Below, in pieces: positions 58,877 through 64,000 of a DNA stretch of 64,000 bases. Within the stretch, counting starts at the first letter, position 1, and each line of letters starts with the position of its first letter. The stretch spans positions 282,107 through 346,106 of the IMG/VR virus record IMGVR_UViG_2799112330_000002. One strand, 5' to 3'. Both the position numbers and the translations under genes were made by a program. A model generated the notes under the pieces. It was not told the DNA's origin. It saw only the letters and a program-made list of their open reading frames with translations, and did not search any database. The DNA comes from a virus (lineage: Duplodnaviria; Heunggongvirae; Uroviricota; Caudoviricetes).

Positions 58877-59398
58877 ATGAAATCATTTAATAATTATATA
58901 AAAGAAGAATTTGAACTTTATGGAGTAAAGAATCTTGAAGTTGTTTTTGATTGTAATCCAGAACAGAAATTTCTAGAATTTCAAGTACCGGAAACATATA
59001 ATGAAGACAGTTTCCAGATCTATGTTCAAGACGTATTTCTATCTCAACTCCCAGGTGATCCAAAACTTGCTGAGCATTTCTTTGGAAAGAACAGAAAAAA
59101 CATTTTTGATGTATATTTTGTTTATGACAAATATGAAAAGGATGATGAATCAACAAGTGATGATACATTTGAGTTTATGACATCTTATGATTCCAAATCA
59201 AATGATGAGAAATATGCTTATATAAGAGTTGAAAAGATGCAATATGTAATTAAGTTTGATGTGTTTGAATATAAATGTGAAGATGTGAATGATACAAAAG
59301 ACATCTTAGTAGACATATTCAAGACATGTGAAACAAATACAACAAACAAATTCCCATTGAAATTAGTACTTAATGAGGATGAAATGAAATATATTTAA
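58877..59398 (+). CDS. acidic hypothetical protein with CTS-like leader
   Basis: MKSFNNYIKE; starts right after the sigma stop. Confidence 0.75.
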   Translation: MKSFNNYIKEEFELYGVKNLEVVFDCNPEQKFLEFQVPETYNEDSFQIYVQDVFLSQLPGDPKLAEHFFGKNRKNIFDVYFVYDKYEKDDESTSDDTFEFMTSYDSKSNDEKYAYIRVEKMQYVIKFDVFEYKCEDVNDTKDILVDIFKTCETNTTNKFPLKLVLNEDEMKYI

Positions 59399-59417
59399 TG
59401 AATAAAAGAAGAAAGAC

Positions 59418-60389
59418 ATGTTGAAGACAAAGAAATTTTGGTATATATTATTGTTTTCTATACTTTATCTTATTGTTGCAGGTAGTTCATTCTGGCATGC
59501 TATAGCTTTCTTTGGCTTAGCGAACAATACAGTCATGAGTATTATTCTTGCTTTTGCATTTGAGGTTGGACAAGCTGCAGTATTGTTTTCATTGTTGACA
59601 TCTAAGAAGGACCGAAATAGAGTCATCCCATGGGCATTGATGACAATGTTTACTTTAGTACAGGTTATTGGTAATGTATATAGTTCATATAAATACATCA
59701 TATCAAATTCAGTAGCTGATCTAAGATATTTCAAAGAACCAATATTCATTTGGACACAATTACCTGATGATCAGGCTACAGTCATCATAACCTATGTAGT
59801 TGGAGCTATTCTCCCTATTGCTGCTCTTTTATTGACATCTATGATAACTAACTATTTGACAGATGAAGAAGAAGCTAAATTGGAAAATAAGAAGCTAATT
59901 GATGAACAAAATGAAGAGAAACTTCAAGAGGTCATTGAAAAAGCACCAGAAACCACATTTATAGAAGAACAACCTGAGCAAGAAGAGGAAACATTTTTTG
60001 GAAAAATACCTGAAAAGGGACCAGAACAACCACCTATCATGTTAGAACCTGAACAGGTAAAAGAGTTCTATGAAACAGAAAAATTACCAGAAGAGAAAAA
60101 AGAAGAGCCTAAATATGATTCTGTAGATGAAGCAATAGAACACGCTCATGATAATGAAACTGGATTAACTGGCATAGAGAACAAGATAAAGGAAGAAGAA
60201 AGTAGTTTAGACAATGATCCTGCTGTAATAGATAGACAAGTAAATGAAAATACTATTGATAAGGAAGATACAGACAAAACTATTAAAGAAGATGATCCTA
60301 ATCTAAAGCAAGCAGATATGTTAATGGGTGGTAATATATTAAGTAAGAATCATAGGGACTCCCATTTTATAAACATTGATAATAAATAA
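59418..60389 (+). CDS. multi-pass membrane protein with a long acidic disordered tail
   Basis: four TM-like helices in the first ~145 aa, then an E/D/P-rich tail. Confidence 0.8.
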   Translation: MLKTKKFWYILLFSILYLIVAGSSFWHAIAFFGLANNTVMSIILAFAFEVGQAAVLFSLLTSKKDRNRVIPWALMTMFTLVQVIGNVYSSYKYIISNSVADLRYFKEPIFIWTQLPDDQATVIITYVVGAILPIAALLLTSMITNYLTDEEEAKLENKKLIDEQNEEKLQEVIEKAPETTFIEEQPEQEEETFFGKIPEKGPEQPPIMLEPEQVKEFYETEKLPEEKKEEPKYDSVDEAIEHAHDNETGLTGIENKIKEEESSLDNDPAVIDRQVNENTIDKEDTDKTIKEDDPNLKQADMLMGGNILSKNHRDSHFINIDNK

Positions 60390-60414
60390 GTATAGATTAT
60401 ATATTTTATATAGA

Positions 60415-60444
60415 AAGAAGGGATAGCAATATCTCTTCTTTTTT
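60415..60444 (+). terminator. intrinsic terminator
   Basis: AAGAAGGGATA-gcaa-TATCTCTTCTT followed by a T tract. Confidence 0.75.
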
Positions 60445-60506
60445 GTTGTATATTTTTCTGTAAAATTTACTATTTTTATATATAAATATAAATGTGTATT
60501 TAAGTT

Positions 60507-60974
60507 ATGTATAATCATTTTGACTATATTGATAATTTTACTATCATATATGGAATATCTCTTGATAATCAATCACCAAAAGTAGAGCAATTCATTATTG
60601 ATAAAGTAGAAAAGACCCATAACCAGTTTGTTGGTGATAGTGTAATATTGAATCTAGTATCAGAAAATGGAGACAAATTATATTTGCCATTAGTACAAAG
60701 ATATGTTAATGCTGAAGGTGATGATTTACGACATCCAATACAGAAAACTTTAAGTAATCATAAAACATGGCAATCTGATGACTATAAGATGTATTCATAT
60801 ATTGTTTCTTTTGACAGAGATGAATTAATAGATGAATATTGTATGGGTATAGAGGAAGAAAATCTAGAATTAAGTAAGAAGAATTGTGAGCTATTGAAAC
60901 AAATAGAAGCAAACAGACAAAAGATATCTAGTATTAGAAAACAAAGACTTTATGAAATTACTGATGAAATTTAA
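60507..60974 (+). CDS. hypothetical protein
   Basis: 155 aa ORF. Confidence 0.7.
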   Translation: MYNHFDYIDNFTIIYGISLDNQSPKVEQFIIDKVEKTHNQFVGDSVILNLVSENGDKLYLPLVQRYVNAEGDDLRHPIQKTLSNHKTWQSDDYKMYSYIVSFDRDELIDEYCMGIEEENLELSKKNCELLKQIEANRQKISSIRKQRLYEITDEI

Positions 60975-61077
60975 CTATATTAATATATAAAGTTGACAAT
61001 TTAATAATATATATAAAAATAGGAGTTGATCCTATATCTGATATTTTCAGATTTAATAATTTATTTAATTTTTAATT

Positions 61078-63858
61078 ATGATACTTGATAGAACATGGAA
61101 TAAGAAAGACCAAAAATTGACTATTTCTTATATTGATAAGATGGGAAATAGAAAATTTTATTCAAGACATTTACATCATATTAAGTCTTATGAATATGAC
61201 GCAAATGGCGAATTTGAAACATGGAACGGAAAAAGAGCAAACAAGGTATTTAAGGATACTATGAATTATACTCCAAATGAATTTGACATTCTTGAATTCA
61301 TGTATGAGTTACCAGAAGATCTAAATACTGAAATGCATGCTCAATATTTTCCAAAATTATATTTCTTTGATATTGAGACTGAGGTAAGTGATGAGTTTCC
61401 TGATCCAGAATTAGCAGAACAAAAAGTTACAGCTATTTCATTAGTTGGGCCAGATCTAAGTTGTATTGTCTATGGTCTTCACCAGTTGAATGAAGATCAG
61501 ATTGCATTATTCAAAAAACGTTATCTTGATTGGATTGAGAATAATGAGTTTGCAAAGAATCTTGTTGAAAGTAATGGATGGAAACCTAAAGTCTTATATC
61601 AGCATTTCATTAATGAAGATGATATGCTTAAGCATTTCTTTACTATTATCATTCCTAAGATTGGTTGTTTAGCTGGTTGGAATTCATACGGATTTGACTG
61701 GCAGTATCTTGTAAATAGAATCATTAGAAGATTTGGTAAGAATGTTGCTTGGAATATGATAAGGAAAGCATCCCCAACAGGAGAGACAAGACAGTATAGT
61801 TGGGAAGATGTTGGTGGTGTAAAGAAGAAATGCCCAGGCCCATGTCATTCTATTATCTTGGACTATATGCAGATTGTTAAAGACTATGATTATATTTTGA
61901 GACCTTATGAATCATATTCTTTGGATTGGGTAGGTAATGCTGCAGTAAAAGCTCATAAGATCAAATATGAGGGAACATTGCAAGATCTATATGAGAAAGA
62001 TCCTGAGTGGTATTATTTCTATAATGCTATTGATAGTTGTATTGGAGAGCTTATTCATTATAAGTTGAAAGCTGTTGAATCACCATGTGCAGTATCTTCA
62101 GTAACATTGGTTCCTCTTCTTTCAGCTTTTGGACAAGTAGCCTTAGGAACAGCTAATGTATTTGAAGAGTTCTATTCACAAGGAAAGAAAGTTGTATGGG
62201 ACTATGATGCTATAGAAAGAACAAAAGTACCGTATGAGGGAGCATTTTGTGCTTGTGTTCCAGGACGTTATGAGTTTTGTGTTTGTGATGATTTTGCTTC
62301 GCTTTATCCTTCTCAAGTTCGTACTTGCAATCTGTCATTTGAGAATTTCCATGAGAAGAGAGTTGGGCCAGATAGCTTTGGTAGATATACAATTCAGAAA
62401 TGGTCAGAGCAGGAGCTTGAAGAATTCCGTCATAACCCAGACTATTTTGTATCAGTAATGGGTAATGTATATAAGAATGATAAAGACTATGCATTCCGTC
62501 GTATTCAGGCTAAATTAAAGGGCTTACGAGACAAATATAAGTATACTGGACAAAGAATAGATTCAGAACTATTAGTAGAGATTGATAATATAATAAACAA
62601 TAAGAAAAAGCATACAAAAGTATCTGATGATGTATTAGACCTTATGAAGTTGAAGTTTCATAAGACAATGGATGATCTATATGAAATGGAAACTGAAGAG
62701 TTGAAGAAGTTTAGAGTTGAAGTTGTTGATCTCAGACATGAATATACTTTGCTTGAGTTAGCTCATAAGGTTTTGGGTAATGGATTGTATGGTGCTTGTG
62801 CTAATCAATACTTTTTCTTCTTTAATGCTTCACTTGCGGCAGACATCACGGGAGAATGCAGACATCTTACAAAGACTATGTGGCATAATTTGGAAGAGTT
62901 CTTCCATGAGACAATATGGAAACGTAAAGATCTTTGGGAGAAGTTTGATTTTGCTCTTGATGAAAGCATGCATGAATGGTATAGGACAACTCCAGTAAGC
63001 GTATATTCTGACACTGACTCAGTCTATTCTACTTATGGAAATTTATTCAAATGCATGATGCCAGAATATAAAGAGAAATATAAAGAAGATCGTTCTAAGG
63101 TTGACTGGATTCTTAAATTCAATAAAGAGTTCTTGGATGGCCAGAACAATCAATGGTGTAGAGACATCTATGAACCAAGACATGGAAAGAATGTACATGA
63201 GTTTGAATTGGAGACAATTGTAAGGGCTCAGATATGTTTGAAGAAAAAGAAATACCTTAAGGGCTATGCTTATGTGAAGGGTAAGTTCTATGATGTACCA
63301 AAGGTGTCTGGAACAGGTATTGAGATCATTAAGTCAACTACACCAAAGCTATGCAGGACTATATTGACAGATCTTATGAATAGTCTTATGTTTGAGTATA
63401 ATGAGAATGAGAAAGATCTATATATGATTAATTTCAATCAAAAGTTAGCTAACTACAGAAAACAGTTCTATAATGCTCCTATTGAAGACATATCACAATC
63501 TGTTGGTGTTGGTGACTATAAGAAATATGTAGTTGAAGATGAAGATGCTCTTATTCTCGGTAAACAATGTCCTGTATCTGTCCAGTCAGTAGCAAGATTC
63601 AATTTTATGGCTCATCAAAATGGTGAGGACAACAAGAAGTTCTATTCAGGAAAGATCAAATATTATAATATAAGAATCAATGACAAGACAACTGGGTATT
63701 TCGGATATCAAGCTGGTGAACTGCCTGATTGGGCTCCTCCTATGGACAAACTAGTACAATGGAAGAAAACAGTCATTGATCCAATCAACAGGTTCTTGGA
63801 GGTAATGCAAATACCAGATGCTAATCCAACTGGAGCAATACAAATGAGTTTATTTTAA
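61078..63858 (+). CDS. family B DNA polymerase
   Basis: FDIET (ExoI), GWNSYGFD (ExoII), YNAID (ExoIII), DFASLYPS (A), KVLGNGLYG (B), YSDTDS (C). Confidence 0.97.
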   Translation: MILDRTWNKKDQKLTISYIDKMGNRKFYSRHLHHIKSYEYDANGEFETWNGKRANKVFKDTMNYTPNEFDILEFMYELPEDLNTEMHAQYFPKLYFFDIETEVSDEFPDPELAEQKVTAISLVGPDLSCIVYGLHQLNEDQIALFKKRYLDWIENNEFAKNLVESNGWKPKVLYQHFINEDDMLKHFFTIIIPKIGCLAGWNSYGFDWQYLVNRIIRRFGKNVAWNMIRKASPTGETRQYSWEDVGGVKKKCPGPCHSIILDYMQIVKDYDYILRPYESYSLDWVGNAAVKAHKIKYEGTLQDLYEKDPEWYYFYNAIDSCIGELIHYKLKAVESPCAVSSVTLVPLLSAFGQVALGTANVFEEFYSQGKKVVWDYDAIERTKVPYEGAFCACVPGRYEFCVCDDFASLYPSQVRTCNLSFENFHEKRVGPDSFGRYTIQKWSEQELEEFRHNPDYFVSVMGNVYKNDKDYAFRRIQAKLKGLRDKYKYTGQRIDSELLVEIDNIINNKKKHTKVSDDVLDLMKLKFHKTMDDLYEMETEELKKFRVEVVDLRHEYTLLELAHKVLGNGLYGACANQYFFFFNASLAADITGECRHLTKTMWHNLEEFFHETIWKRKDLWEKFDFALDESMHEWYRTTPVSVYSDTDSVYSTYGNLFKCMMPEYKEKYKEDRSKVDWILKFNKEFLDGQNNQWCRDIYEPRHGKNVHEFELETIVRAQICLKKKKYLKGYAYVKGKFYDVPKVSGTGIEIIKSTTPKLCRTILTDLMNSLMFEYNENEKDLYMINFNQKLANYRKQFYNAPIEDISQSVGVGDYKKYVVEDEDALILGKQCPVSVQSVARFNFMAHQNGEDNKKFYSGKIKYYNIRINDKTTGYFGYQAGELPDWAPPMDKLVQWKKTVIDPINRFLEVMQIPDANPTGAIQMSLF

Positions 63859-63869
63859 TATTACTTTCT

Positions 63870-63898
63870 ATTGAATTTTGACAGATTTTAACTATATT
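63870..63898 (+). promoter_or_regulatory. promoter motif A
   Basis: ATTGAA-ttttgacagatttta-ACTATATT. Confidence 0.8.
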
Positions 63899-63926
63899 GT
63901 TTATATAAATTAAAATATATATAAAT

Positions 63927-64000
63927 ATGAGTAAGAAGAATAAGATCACAAATTCAGTGAAGAAAACACTTGTTATTGTTGATGCTCAGAATGATTTCTG
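63927..64000 (+). CDS. 5' fragment of an isochorismatase/nicotinamidase (PncA-like) cysteine hydrolase, cut by the window edge
   Basis: MSKKNKITNSVKKTLVIVDAQNDF matches the family's N-terminal LxxxDxQNDF motif. Confidence 0.7.
   Translation, partial: MSKKNKITNSVKKTLVIVDAQNDF

Noticed and set aside
61078-63858. Intein or intron in the DNA polymerase (long fingers region)
   Set aside because: The ORF is continuous with normal length and motif order. No Cys/Ser...His-Asn splice junctions or LAGLIDADG motifs were seen.
1-64000. TAG-to-Gln recoding as in Lak-type megaphages: TAG at 5531 aligns with Gln in paralogous tails, and TAG-NNN-ATG in-frame junctions occur at 1318, 1794 and 15237
   Set aside because: Genes of 800-1400 codons are intact in the standard code. 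The same stop-NNN-ATG spacing occurs with TAA (307, 15873). TAG at 55363 must terminate against a convergent gene.

Overview
A 64-kb, very AT-rich segment of a large myovirus-like (jumbo) phage genome, read in the standard genetic code. The host is probably gut/rumen Bacteroidota (Prevotella-like); this is an inference from recalled gene families and a signal-peptide+Gln protein. Layout: (1) 1-8.5 kb: dense small early/accessory ORFs, many of them mosaic paralogues built from shared DNA blocks, ending in a phage SmpB. (2) 8.9-13.6 kb (- strand): a T5orf172/GIY-YIG gene and six tandem DUF285 (BspA-like) repeat genes, each starting with a leader like the T4 internal-protein capsid-targeting sequence (MKKLNQFITE). 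(3) 13.7-16.7 kb: accessory genes, a papain-like protease and a lipoprotein. (4) 16.8-45.7 kb: large tail/baseplate-type genes, including gp15-like, hub-like and gp53-like proteins. (5) 46-64 kb: DnaQ-like exonuclease, YqeY, a multi-S1 (bS1-like) protein, SLOG protein, sigma-70-like factor, family B DNA polymerase and the start of a PncA-like hydrolase. Two recurring, orientation-consistent upstream motifs look like two promoter classes: ATTGAA-N15-ACTATATT and TTATTTTTAA(T/C). Best system-level hypothesis: a set of proteins, including the sigma factor and a diversified DUF285 solenoid set, is packaged in the head, matured by the prohead protease and injected with the DNA. No tRNA, tmRNA, CRISPR array or reverse transcriptase was recognised. 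All family assignments come from motif recognition, not database searches.
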